Shown one piece after another: positions 23,621-35,414 of a stretch of DNA of 64,000 nt. The number at the start of each line of letters is the position of its first letter. Within the stretch, counting starts at the first letter, position 1. The notes under the pieces were generated by a model. It ran no database searches. It saw nothing but the letters and a program-made list of their open reading frames with translations, and was not told the DNA's origin. The DNA is from Phyllosticta citribraziliensis (Eukaryota), in assembly GCF_038025025.1 (NCBI RefSeq), contig NW_027117348.1, positions 1,054,001-1,118,000 on the forward strand, given 5' to 3'. The position numbers and the translations under genes are program-made.

Positions 23621-26063
23621 ACAAACTTTCCGCTGTTTCATATGTTGTATATTGCTTCACGGTTTTTCGGGCGATGAAATATCCTGCTCTGCACCTCCAC
23701 GTGGTGTCGCCTGGGAACCCTCCCATCTTTAGATGACGAGGAGCCAAGCAGAGAGGTCGTGCTGTCGACACGTTAATAACAGACTTCTTACTAGTCAAAT
23801 CTTCTATTGTTCCAAGACATGTTTAGAGAAAATGACAAAGATTCTCGTTGTGGTATCCTTTGCTTGACCTGAGTCTGGATGCTGTGAATGACAATCGGTC
23901 GTAGAACGAACAATTCGCAGAGATTGGCTGACTCCACATCTTGAACCCATGAAATGTTTTTTCCGGAGCTGTCAAGGGAGTCAAAATGAGAGGGGTTGGT
24001 TTGTCGTGTCGTTATGTGACGTATTCGTTATGATTCCGGCATCTACAAGGCGGGAGCGGGAGCCCACCTCAAAACTTCTGCGATCAACTTGTGCTTTGCC
24101 AACACCACACGCCCAACCTTGAGCGCAGTCCTGACTGATTGAGGCCGCAGCCATCCCTCAAGGTCTCCAGAAAGGTCTTACACTCAATACCTTCCTCTTG
24201 GACCCTTGTGCTGACTAGTGCAGGGATCGCGGTGTTCGCAGCCTTCTTCCTTCGTCGATGGCCTCGGTTTCGCACCTCGAACCTTGAGCACACACGCTTC
24301 CCACAACTCAAGGACATTGTGGATGTTTCTTCCAAGACACTTTTTTGCGAGCTCCTCTCGCTCTCGCCATCAAATTCCAGGGACTTTGACGCATAGACCG
24401 TCAGGACAAACTTTCATGATGTTTGCGAGCCTGCGAGCCAACAACCAGCGGAGAAGCGCGGATCCTAAACGTTTTTCGACCCCGCTCGTGCAAGAGACGA
24501 AGAGAAATACTGCAGCGACAAGGTGGTCTGCTCGCTTGCTGCCGCATGGGATGGCATGTCGAGGGTGGTGATGAAGGACGGCCGAAAGCCATCGAAACGC
24601 AAGTCCAGAAAAGTCTTGAGCGTTTTCAAAGCCGTTTCGAAATGTCCCGACTCCTGTGTAGCCGCAAACTTGGAATTACGCAGACAATCCCAGCGTACTC
24701 CTCGGCCGGGGCGATTCTGGAGCTCCAACGGTAAACCAGGCCGCCATTCCGCTCGGCAGCCATTGTTCAAGACCAGATCCACTGAGCGTGGAAGACTGGG
24801 TTTCAACGACCAAAAACACAAAATCATCGAGGCAACGTTTGTGCGCTGGTTCAGAATTGTAGGAACTCTGGACTCTTGCCACGCATAGTCAGCGTGGATG
24901 CCGAACGCGCTCAGCAGCTTCGGATTCTGCTATAGACTGTTGCTCTCAGCTCATGCTCTTGATCCAAAGGCATGCGGCTCTTCGATTTGTCCATACAACG
25001 GCATTGTCTGTGTTGCCATTCCAGTGCACCCAACGCCCGTGGTCGAATCCGAATGTGGGTCTTAAGCTACAGCCTTACGTCGCGAAGTTTCCAGTCCGAC
25101 AAAGAAGAATCCTCCAGCTCCCAGGACACACTCTATGCTTCTCTTCACGACTTTGTAGGAGTTCATTCTCGTCAAGTCCACTCCGGGTACAGGAAACGTC
25201 ATAGAATCTTGCAAGCCTCGATTGTAGAGTTCCTCCTAGCTCCGTCGAAAGGCTGCATGTCGACACCTTTGCTTTTGTGGATGTCATCGAGCGTCTTTAC
25301 CAGCGTTTCGGGTATGTTTATTGTTTTTATGGCCATTCCCAACCATTTTGACAAGCCATTGAGGTCGAAATCGTATCTGGGACCTCGAAACCCGACAGTT
25401 TGTCCGGGTTCTGACTTCAAATTGTTCCTCAAAAGACGTTTACGAGCGAAGGGGTTGCTTTCCTGCTTGTAGAACGGAAGTCAGCAAGGTTCTCGCAGTC
25501 TTTCGATGTCTGAACGCGCCAACATGCCTTGGGAAATGTTAAATCGCAAACTCCCAATTCACTTGGAGGTGATTGCGCCCGGTCAGACGTCGAACGGTGT
25601 CAGTCAAGCCTGTCGCAGAGGGTGAACTTGACGGCCAGCACAGGATATCAAAAGCATCCAGAGGAGACGGAAGAGCTGCTGGATAGATTGCTGGTCATCA
25701 GCGTCCGGCATTTCCAAGCAAACGACAAGTGAATGGGACCATTGCCGAAGATGTAGCGCAGGCGCTCGTTGCTAGGCAAGATGCCCAAAGTACCGCCTGC
25801 AAATCACCTACGCGTTATTCACACCAGACGCGTAAAAGTCAATGCCGCCCGGATTAATTCGATACTGCCAGACGCGTGCTTTCCTCCGGCCTGGTTGTTT
25901 CCACCACCCGCTGGGACAACACAAAATTCCATCTTCGCCCTCTGCCTCTCCTCTCCCCTCCACCCCAAACCTCGCTCCCCCTCCCATCTTTCACGTCGCC
26001 TCGCCGTTTTTGGGGAGGTTTTTCGTCTCGCTCGCCGCGTTTTCTCTACGAAAGTAGAGCACC

Positions 26064-27627
26064 ATGAACCCTGTAAGCTTCCCTGACCTCAACCCTCTTA
26101 CGATCTTTCCAGAGACTGACCCCTCCAAGCACAACAACCAGTACCGAGACGGTCACTGGCGCGGCACTCAGCCTCCGCTGGGTGCCGATGCCCAGAGACC
26201 GTCGACGTCTGGCTCTCGCCCGCCGCCGCCGCCTCTCCCCCTGGCCGCCAACGGCCAACAAGTCCAGGTGCCTCGGCCCTGGCACCGGTTTCCGCCGCCT
26301 CTCCCCCTGGCGCGCCCGGCTGGTCCCCCAGCGGGCCAATCTTTCCCTGCCTTTGGTGCGTCTCCGGCGTCGCTGATCTCTGAACAAAGCCATCTAACAC
26401 CAGACAGGTGGACGGCCGCACCAGGGGTACCAGGGCTACGGCCATGGGCACCATGGTGGGAACTACGGTTCTCGCCATGGCTACTCTGCCGGAGGCCTGG
26501 TCCCCCCGCCTCCCCCACCGCCGACGGAGTCTGCTGCTCTCCCGCCGGCGCCATCCCCGTACCTCCGGGGGAACCCACGTCGCTCCGAGGAGCATGACCG
26601 CCGTGGCCTCAGGGAGGTCCACATTCCTGCGCTCCCTGCCGTTGGCAACAACGGCTCTTACTACCACCAGCCCGTGCCGGCGGATCGCTTGCATGGCGGC
26701 GCCCAGGCTGTGTCCACCACTGGTGGACAAGGTGCTGGCCGTGACCAAGGCCGGGCTGGTGGTAGTGGCCGCGGTGGTCGTGACTTCGGTGGTGACCGTG
26801 GTCAACCCCCTGTCCCTCGGGGCAGGAAGCGAGGTTACGAGGAGATGGCGGCCGAGCCGCAACAGCAACAGCAACAGCAACACACGCCGCGTGGGCCGCG
26901 CCAGCAACTCACGCCGTACGCGCCGCGCCGCGACAGGGCAGTCGTCGTGCCGCCGTTTTCGGGCGTGCTTGAGAATCGCGCCAAGTTCAGCCTCTCTAGG
27001 CGCAAGAGGGAAGAGATCCAACCCGGCCGCATTCTTTTCCTCAAACATCAATCGAGCATTCACCAATTCACGTGCTTGATCTACCAGATGGGTGATAACG
27101 GCAAGCCGGGAGGGTTCACGCGCTACGACTACGACAAGGTGAACCGCTTCTTCAACCACCCAATCATCGTCGTCGAAGCTCCCACCGACAAAGGCCTCGT
27201 CAAAGTTGTCACCCTCACCAGCCTTGGTGGGCTCACGCCCGAGCAGAAGTATGCGGCCGACAACTTCAACTCTCAGAAGCATGGATCGCACCGAGCAGAA
27301 CTATTCCGATCCGACTACCTCGAGCTTCACCACCCTGGCGTGAGCGATGCTGCACCATACCCCGGCTGCCAGCGCCAGCTTCACCTACGCAACGACAAGA
27401 AGCTCATGGACCGCTCGTATGTCAACCTTGATGGCGGCAAAACCTACATGGTGGAGGGCCAGTACCTCGTCCCCTACCAAGACTTTGGCGAGAAGAACCC
27501 CGACTACCGCCTGGAGGATGACTCGTTGGAGTTTCTCATCGAACACCGCGCCAAGCTTGAGGCAGAGAGAGAAGAACGCGACCGCGCCAAGTGGCCTACG
27601 GGCAAGGCACCGAACGAACGTTGGTGA
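26064..27627 (+). CDS. Island-1 paralogue B: Pro/Gly/Tyr-rich, RGG and polyQ N-terminus plus putative PemK/MazF-like domain; introns 26073-26129 and 26356-26407
   Basis: Splicing the two GT-AG introns (CTGAC and CTAAC branch sites) joins ATG 26064 in frame to ORF 26674-27627. PGRILFL...HPIIVV...VTLTSLGG...RSYVN. Confidence 0.8.
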
Positions 27628-27639
27628 AGGGTGACGGTC

Positions 27640-27905
27640 GGCTGGGTTTTCTTTGTGGTGGTGTCGTTTGGGGGTTGTCGACACGTGTGGTGGGACTTCT
27701 CGTGGTTCCGCGTCTCTACGCTGTGGTGGGACTTCTCGTGGTTGCGCGTCTCTGCGCCGTGGTGGATTCTCTTTGTGGTTTGCGCTTTTCTGCGCCGTGG
27801 TGGATTTCCTTTGTGTTTTGCGCGTTTCTGCGCCGTGGTGGGATTTCTTTGTGGTTCTGCGCTTCTCTGCGCCAGTGGTGGATTTCTTTATGGTTTTGCG
27901 TTTGC
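27640..27905. repeat. Tandem array, 6 (+1 degenerate) units of 36-40 bp; consensus ~GTGGTGG(G)ATTTCTTTGTGGTTTGCGC(G/T)TTTCTGCGCC
   Basis: Unit starts at 27687, 27723, 27759, 27797, 27835, 27875; first clear unit 60 bp after the stop of paralogue B. Confidence 0.9.
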
Positions 27906-29099
27906 ATGTCGGCGCTGGAGGGCTCGAGTTCGTTGATGGACGCCTGCAGTGGGAGTCTTGCGTCAGCATCCATATTTGGCGTTGAACCATGTCAGGTTGC
28001 GTCCAGCGGCATTACAGATTACACCATCACCCCTTCTCACAGTGGTGGTTTAGTCAGAATATCAAGATCCTTTTGATTCCTTTACTCCGCGTTCTGAGAT
28101 TCTTGATGTGCGCCTGCAGTGGATTCTCTTTGTGTTGTGACTGCATTTGGTGTTTGTCTAGTTTGCGCTCAGCAGCACAATGGATTGCAGCACTCTTCTC
28201 GCTCTTGATTGTGGAGAAATGGAAGGAGATCATCCGGTAGCATCGCTCGAATTACCGCAAGGCTTCTCCATTGCCTAAGGGTGCTTCGTACGAATGATTT
28301 ACATGCTGGGGGACCGTCCCCAAATGCCCCCCTGACCAGTCTCTCGTAGCGAAGCTTGTCTTTTGGCACATGGATCCCGACCACTCCAATGAATGTTTCA
28401 AAGTTGTCTCGTCCAGCGGGGGATCAATCAGATGCTCCATTGGCTTGTCGCAGCTTTCCAGCAACGCTCCCCGTTTGCGGTATCGCCGTTTGACGGCCCC
28501 AGCAGCTTGAAAAGCATTCCAAGGCCCGTTTGCAAACTCCCCCTCACTATATGACCGTCTGGCTCCCATCGCTATGTGTCGCACGACAGCTTCCTGGATG
28601 CAGAACTGCCTCTTCGGGAAGGACGCTAGGACGGCCCCTGCAGCTGTGGAACTCTAACGTTTTTTATTGGCTAGTCGTGCACTATCGGCGCTTCGCTAAA
28701 CTTTATCCCAACGACCAACGATCGGGAGAACTGATGCGACGAGTCTTGGTGGTCTTTGGCGCTGTGGTCTCTTTGCGAATGTAATTTGTATTGGTGTTTT
28801 GCCGCCCTTGCCTGAAATCCTGAAAATCGTCCCTGAATCGATTAGAACACCATGGCCCCCTGTCCACGCCAGGTGCAGACGCACAACAGCCCACAGGATG
28901 TCCAGAATCCCCAGAGGCTGTCGCCATCGATGCATCATCGACATATTTGAATGTTCAGTCCCGTGTGATCTGTCAGCGATAGCTGTCCGCCGGACACCAC
29001 GGCGTTGGCAGTACTGGCACTTTTCTCCACAGCCCGAAACCACCGTGGATTCTTCCACCACATCTCCATCATCGCCCTGGCTGGATCATCAACGCAACC

Positions 29100-30209
29100 A
29101 TGGCTGGCTTTCATGTCTATCGTGAGTCTAGTACACATCTTGCTGCCCCCTTGCTGACGTTGAGTCTCCAGGTGATGAAGCGGTCCCCCGAGGCTTTGTT
29201 CCTGGCAGACGCCACCGCACAAACGGCCGAAATGCACGACAGCGCCATCAATACGATGTCCGCTCGCAAGGCCCCGTCGGAAGGCTTCATGGCGAGAACG
29301 TTGCGCCTTTGAGGGCAAGACCAGGTAACGCCTTCGGCAATGGCTCGACCTCTGGTTTCGGACCGACAGGGGTTCAGCAAGGCACAGCAAGCGAGGATCA
29401 GGGTAAGGTCTTCCACGGTGCTTCTTGTAGAAAACAAGTAGCAAGGCCTGGCTAATTCATATTGACGCGATGCAGAGAACTTTCCGCCGAACAACACAAG
29501 CCTTTCCGGACACGACACTCCAGCAGCCGGCAACCACTTTGCTGGCGCTCTCGAAGGACGTTGCGGTCAGAGCGGCCATGCCCTTTCCATCAAAAGCCAA
29601 GTCGATCGTGGACACCTGCATGGAGTTAGCCAAATGCCTGCAAGAATGGGCGAGTCGTCGACGTGGGTGCCAGGAATGGGTCAAGATGGACGCGGTCGCA
29701 AGAGGGAGCCCTACCCAACTCCCGGCATGGTCTGCTACCTCCACAAGGACATTGACAGCCACGTCTTGAAGAGGCAGGTCAGCAAAATGGACTACACGGA
29801 AATCCTGGGACACCCGGTCGTCATATTGGCGCCCTCCCCGCGATCTGGCCAAGTCGTGTTTGCGAAGATTACTACCTTTGGCGGAAAGTCCTTGGACGAG
29901 AGATGCGGCCAGGGCGATGCCGGCACAAAGTTGAGGAACCAATACCTCCCAATCAGAGATGGCGACAAGGAATGCAGCGGCGACGTCCCGGTCCTGGAGG
30001 TCAAAGGCGGACGCAGATTCGATCGCCAATCGTTTGTCAATGGCGCGAGGAAGAATATTTTGTCGATCGAAGCGTTCCACTTGCCGCCTTTCCGGAAGAC
30101 GACGTCGGTCGGCGTGGAGTTTGAGCTGACGCGCGACTCGCTGAAGGCCATCGTAGAGCACTACGAGGGCATGACGGAGAGGGAGGCGTTTCTTTGGCCC
30201 TCCATTTGA
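29100..30209 (+). CDS. Island-1 paralogue C; introns 29122-29171 and 29403-29475
   Basis: In-frame splice model from ATG 29100. PGMVCYLHKDI...HPVVIL...AKITTFGG...YLPI...QSFVN. Confidence 0.78.
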
Positions 30210-30559
30210 GCTGGCCACTCAAGGTTGTGTGCACATGTTTTCTGGTTGGCGTCAAGTGCTGCCCAGAGTTTTGTATGGTGTGATTGAAAGAGGAGGTATA
30301 TTTTGTGAATTCGGTATAGTCGGCGCAGCTGTTTTGGAGGTGGCCTGCGTTGTTGGGTCGGTGTGGTCTCCGGGCAGCGACGTCCATCTCCTGGTACAGC
30401 AACAACGGAACGACCCAGAGCAACGTCCCCCCAAAAAGGAGCAGCGACCATCTCCTTGCGACGAGGAGCGACGAGCGCATCAACCTCTGCAACGCTCTTG
30501 TCCCCTCATCCTCTCTTCTCCTCTTCCACCGGCATCTCACAAAGCCCAAAGCGCCGAAG

Positions 30560-31595
30560 ATGAATCAAACGGGAGCTTCAAGCAACAACTGGAGGCTCGG
30601 TGAGTCGTGATTCCTTTGACGACGCGATTTCTATTGGGGGCTGACATGGCTTCTGATGTAGGTGCTTCTCCGGAGAACGCGTCAGCAGCGTCTCGACCAC
30701 CGCTCGTGTCTCGTCGGAGCTTCCCAGGAGCTGAGCGGGCTGATTGGCAGTTGAAAGACTGGCGCGACGGTGAGTGACATCAGCCTTGATAGAGGAGAAC
30801 GTTCTAACGCGATCATTCCAGATCCCAAACCACGGCGCGCATATACGTGGAGCGGCCCGGGAGCTGCCAAGCGGCCTCGTTGGAAGGAAGATGATGATTG
30901 GCGAAGCCGTGGTGAGTTGGGATGCCTACAACCCGCGTGGAGAACAACTTGCTGACCCCAACGCAGCGTCCTCCTCGCAACAGCACGACAATCCGGAAGA
31001 GGCCTCGAACATCGCCGAGACCTGCGAGCAGCCTGGACCTCATCTAGTCCCCGGAAAAATCTGCTTCATCAACGAGGGTATAAACAGCGACGCTTTGCAT
31101 CAGCAAGTAGTCCCCGGCCGGGAAATCGACATTCTCAACCACCCGGTGGTGATCCTCCCGTTCCGAGCAACAAGACCAGGCTGCAGAGTAATAGCCACGG
31201 TCACCTCGTTCTCGGGCACACCTATCGACGAGAGGTTCTCCAAGCCGGGGCAGGAGAGCTTGAAGGCTCGATATCTTCCGATTGCCCGCGGAGAAGAGGA
31301 CCACGGGAAGGGGCAAATGCTGCGTCTGGAGGACGGCCGGAAGCTTCCCAAGAGGTCTTATGTCAACGTCTATCCGCGAGACCTCTTGGAGATTGAAACG
31401 TGCTTCCTTCCAGCTTTCCAGAGGGGTGGTGTCGAGTTCAACCTCTCAGAGGCATCCATCGATGCACTGGAGCTCCACATCAGAGGATTGCGGGAAAGGT
31501 TGTATGAGGAAGATAGGTTCCGGTTCGGAGACAGGCGTTGCAGGGTCTCGGGCGGCTGTGGTCTCGCAGGAAAAGTGTATAAAGCATGTCAATAG
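30560..31595 (+). CDS. Island-1 paralogue D; three phase-1 GTGAGT introns in the N-terminal part
   Basis: In-frame splice model from ATG 30560. PGKICFI...HPVVIL...ATVTSFSG...RYLPI...LEDGRKLPKRSYVN. Confidence 0.78.
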
Positions 31596-32676
31596 CAAAA
31601 GTTGATCTCTCCTCCCTTGTCAGGCCCATCGAATCCTTGATATCGCACTTGACTTTGAAGATGACTTGTGCATGTGGCTTGTTTTCGGTTTCAGGGCCTG
31701 GAAGTGAGCATGTCAAGGGTGAGGATCAGGAAAATGGCCAATGTTGAAAGGAAAGATTGAAAAACGATGTTTTGTCGGCGGAGTCTGGCATATTGTGATG
31801 TAGCAAAACGTGTCATAGCCTTTGGTGTTAGCTACGTAGTTGTACAATCGCGGCCTTCTCCGGCCGTTTCTGTGAGATTTCAGGTCCTTTGCTCTCTCCA
31901 GGACGCTATCAAGGACGCAAATTCGGCGATTCAAAGCGTGGTGCTGAGCTTCCACATCGAGCAATGGCTTTGAAATGAGGAGAAGCCGCGGACTCTGGCT
32001 GTCGGCATTGTCGCGCTGAGCGATGGCAGTTGTGGTCCTCTCTTTGCTAACAGACTGGACAACAAGGGGATTGACGCGGAAGCTCATCAGCAGACACACA
32101 TCGATAGTCGTCCATAAAGCTCCTGTTTCAAATACTGAGCTGGATACTCTGGGCAATGTCGCGAGTCGCCTTGAATGCTGGCTTGCTTTGAAACGGAGCT
32201 CTGCGATGGCAATCTTGGTCAGAGGAAGAATCTTTTGCCGTACACATCTTGCAGTCTTGAGCCTGCTCCAACAATGTCAACTCGTCTTGTCTGAACTTTG
32301 AACGATGGTGTCTCGTCGACGTGCCACGAGGTTTGTTGGTCTACCTCCACTTGATTTCGTCGAAAGAGGCCGTCCTTGCACAGACGAGGGGATTGATTCC
32401 ATTTGGTCCAACATGCGCAGAGTTGATGGCGTGGATGGGAATATTCACCAAGGCACTGTACTGTGTTCATGGCAGTAGTACAGAGCAGCTGAACATGACC
32501 AGGACCAAACAAACATGCAAGTCCCGTATCCTCGAGCAAGCCCGGAGAGCTGGATGGCTGGGTTACGGGTCCAGTGAACAGTCACCTGGCGAGTGCCCTG
32601 CCTTCTTCACAAGAGCACAACAAGCACCTCGATCACCCATGCTCGAAGCTCACTCTGCACTCATCAAGCACGAAAC

Positions 32677-33997
32677 ATGTCCCGGCCAGGTGGAGAGGAC
32701 AATGTCCTTCCAGAGGGTAAGTCGCTCATGTCTCTAGATCCTTGGACCGGAGTATGCTCAAATCGCAACAGATATCGATCAAGATGTCCCACAGAATCCC
32801 AGTGTTGGTCAAGCGTTCACCATGCAACACGGCTCGAATTGGGGACCTCAGCATGTCTTGCCCGTATACGACGCGGGACCGGGCTGGAGCACGACGGGAC
32901 ATTCAAACATGTCAGGGTTGCACCAGGCCAGAACCTTCGACGGTAAGTGACATCTCTAGTCTACTTTTCAAGCACGCGTTGATGGAAAAGTCTTCCGAGA
33001 GCACCCATCAACGATCGGGTATCCGCAGCCGTCGAGATGGGTCTTTGATCCACAGCGACAAATTTTCCAGGATATTGGGTCAGGTTGGGAATGGAGATAT
33101 CCAGCGCCATATCCGTCAGGCGGTTTGTATAACACGAGTGGTCAAGTCTCGCTCCCGCCAGTCCCGTTGCTCCAGCCAAATCATCTGGAGGGCCTGGCTC
33201 GTGGAGGGTGGTATCAAGACCCGTACTGGCCACAAGCCGTTCCCCAATGGCTCCCGTCTCCCAATGTTGTTTGGCCACCGGCCAACGAAACTGGATATCC
33301 GTCGCAACAAGCCCGCCGCCATGTGTACACTTCGAGAGTTCAATCCGATGGAAACGTTCGCCCGGGGGGAGGGGCCGAGAACGGTGGCTTGCGACAGGAG
33401 AGGACTCATCCATCCACGCGGCCAACGGCGCGGATCCCACTTGGATCCATCTGCACAAATCAACAGGTCCGTCGAGGTCGCAAGGCCGAGCCGCATCCTG
33501 TTCCTGGAATGATTTGTTATCTCCACAAGGACATTGAGAGCCAGTCTCTGCGAGAGCAGGTCAGGAACGGTGTGGATTATGCCGAGATCTTGGGTCATCC
33601 TGTCGTAGTCCTCGCCATCACGGCAGCGCGCTCTGACGAAGTTTTCTTTGCCAAGGTGACGACATTTGGTGGAAAGACGGCGGCGGAGAAGTTTGGTAGC
33701 TCCGACAAGACGTCGAGGAGGTTTCAACGAGAGTACCTCCCCATCTCACATGGTGGACCGACACAAGAAGAAGGATTCGAGCTGCAGGTGGAGAATGGCC
33801 GGAGGATGGGCGCCAGATCCTGGGTGAACATTGGACCCAAAAACGTCCTTCGCATCGAGAGTCGACATCTTCCACCTTTTCGGAGAACCACCAAGCAGGG
33901 TGTCGAGTATTCTCTCACGGCCGATTCGCTTCAGAAGCTGATGGAGCATTACTGGAAGCTTGTACGAGAAGACCAGGAAGGAAGACGGCGGACATGA
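32677..33997 (+). CDS. Island-1 paralogue E (closest relative of C); introns 32717-32771 and ~32943-32990
   Basis: In-frame splice model. PGMICYLHKDI...HPVVVL...AKVTTFGG...EYLPI...RSWVN; DNA similarity to C visible (CTCCACAAGGACATTGA in both). Confidence 0.78.
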
Positions 33998-34340
33998 GGT
34001 GGGAGGCGAGGCCGCCAGTTTGGAGGCAGCTTGGCACGATGTTCCGGCAGATTGAATTGGAGACAGTTACGCGTAGTTGTTGTAAAGTCGAACTTGAAAG
34101 ATTCTTCTGGGTTGTTTCCTTTCGAGCGATTGCGGATTGTTCAGGAATGGTCCATTGTCGTCGCTCACAATAGCCAACTCCAAAATTAGGCTTTGGGCGT
34201 CCTTTGTCCATTGTAACGCGCCATTGTTTTCGTGACAATGTGATCCTTTCAGATTGCTATCAATGCCAATCATCGTGTCGAGTATAACAAGAGCTTTCCC
34301 AGAGCCCTTGACGATAGCTGAGCAGTCAAACTCGCACTCC

Positions 34341-35414
34341 ATGGATTACCAGAAGCCCTTCGTTCCGCAGGTCGGAATGCCAAACTATTGTGACGGTCGC
34401 CAGCAAAGAAGCCGTGCTTCTACCATAGCGCGGCCCGGTGTCGAAACGCCAATCCAAGGTTTGCAACCCGAGCTGACATCTTCGCAGGCGTCGATCAGTC
34501 AAACACTAGGTCCAGGCTCGCCACTTCGCTTTGGCTGTTGCACCAAGAACGCGGCGACAAACAAGAGCTCGCAACAGGAAAAGACTCAAGGTAAGCCTGC
34601 CCTGCATCGTCTGAGGGCCAACAGCACACCGAGCCAAGCCTTCCAAACGGGGAATTCCAGATACCAAAAGCGGGACTTTGCTGCAACTCAATCGCCGGGC
34701 GGTGCCCATGACGAGGCTGAAGAGCGTTACTGGAGACGCCGAGGGGCCATCAGAAGTACGCCAATGGGCGGGTCCCCTCTGAACAGCCCAATAGAGAAGC
34801 CAAGATTGAACTACGACACCTGGATCCTCCCGTCACGCATCGCGTTCCTCCCAGGAGTGCGCAAAGGGTCGCTCCTAGCCGGCCAAGTTCGTGAAAAGTT
34901 CCACACACAGCTCGCCCGGCACCCCGTCGTCATCATGAGTGCTCCAAACTCGAGGGGCGTCGTGGCAATCGCCCTCCTCACAAGTCTGGGTGGCCAAACA
35001 GTCCAGGAAAAGTATTCCAGGTTGTATGCCGCCAATCCAGACCGAGCCCGCGAGTTTGGTGGCGACTTTCTGCTAATCAAGTACGGAGACACGCAACCTC
35101 ACGATGATACGCCTTTGTTGAGGTTGAAAGACGGTAAGGAAATGGGGCGCAGGTCGTATGTAAATGTTGCTTACGGAAACTTTTACGTCCAGGTCGAAGA
35201 CCTTGCTCTGTACCGCAAAAATGGATCCGGAAAAGACAGCGAGGTTTTCCTAGACGAAACATCGTTTCAGGAATTGGTAAGGTATAGGGACCATAGGCTT
35301 ATGAACCAGGCGTATATTGACGAGATCAAATGGCCGGGAGGATGGCGGAAACCGTCGGAGAGTCAACTTGGGACCAATGCTATGGCGAGGTTGCCATTTG
35401 CTGCTTTGAACTGA
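34341..35414 (+). CDS. Island-1 paralogue F
   Basis: PSRIAFL...RHPVVIMS...IALLTSLGGQTVQEKY...LRLKDGKEMGRRSYVN. Start codon uncertain. Confidence 0.75.
   Translation: MDYQKPFVPQVGMPNYCDGRQQRSRASTIARPGVETPIQGLQPELTSSQASISQTLGPGSPLRFGCCTKNAATNKSSQQEKTQGKPALHRLRANSTPSQAFQTGNSRYQKRDFAATQSPGGAHDEAEERYWRRRGAIRSTPMGGSPLNSPIEKPRLNYDTWILPSRIAFLPGVRKGSLLAGQVREKFHTQLARHPVVIMSAPNSRGVVAIALLTSLGGQTVQEKYSRLYAANPDRAREFGGDFLLIKYGDTQPHDDTPLLRLKDGKEMGRRSYVNVAYGNFYVQVEDLALYRKNGSGKDSEVFLDETSFQELVRYRDHRLMNQAYIDEIKWPGGWRKPSESQLGTNAMARLPFAALN

Noticed and set aside
22795..23736. Phe/Cys-rich ORFs (232, 206, 105 aa) as membrane proteins
   Set aside because: They are translations of the T-rich repeat in several frames; unit lengths are mostly not multiples of three.
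24139..24888. Seventh degenerate MazF-like copy
   Set aside because: Only chance-level matches (AAGGACATTG, 'PRPGRF'); the HP, T[TS]xGG and SYVN motifs are absent.
27385..28076. ORFs on both strands over array 2
   Set aside because: Repeat-derived; the frame shifts between units.
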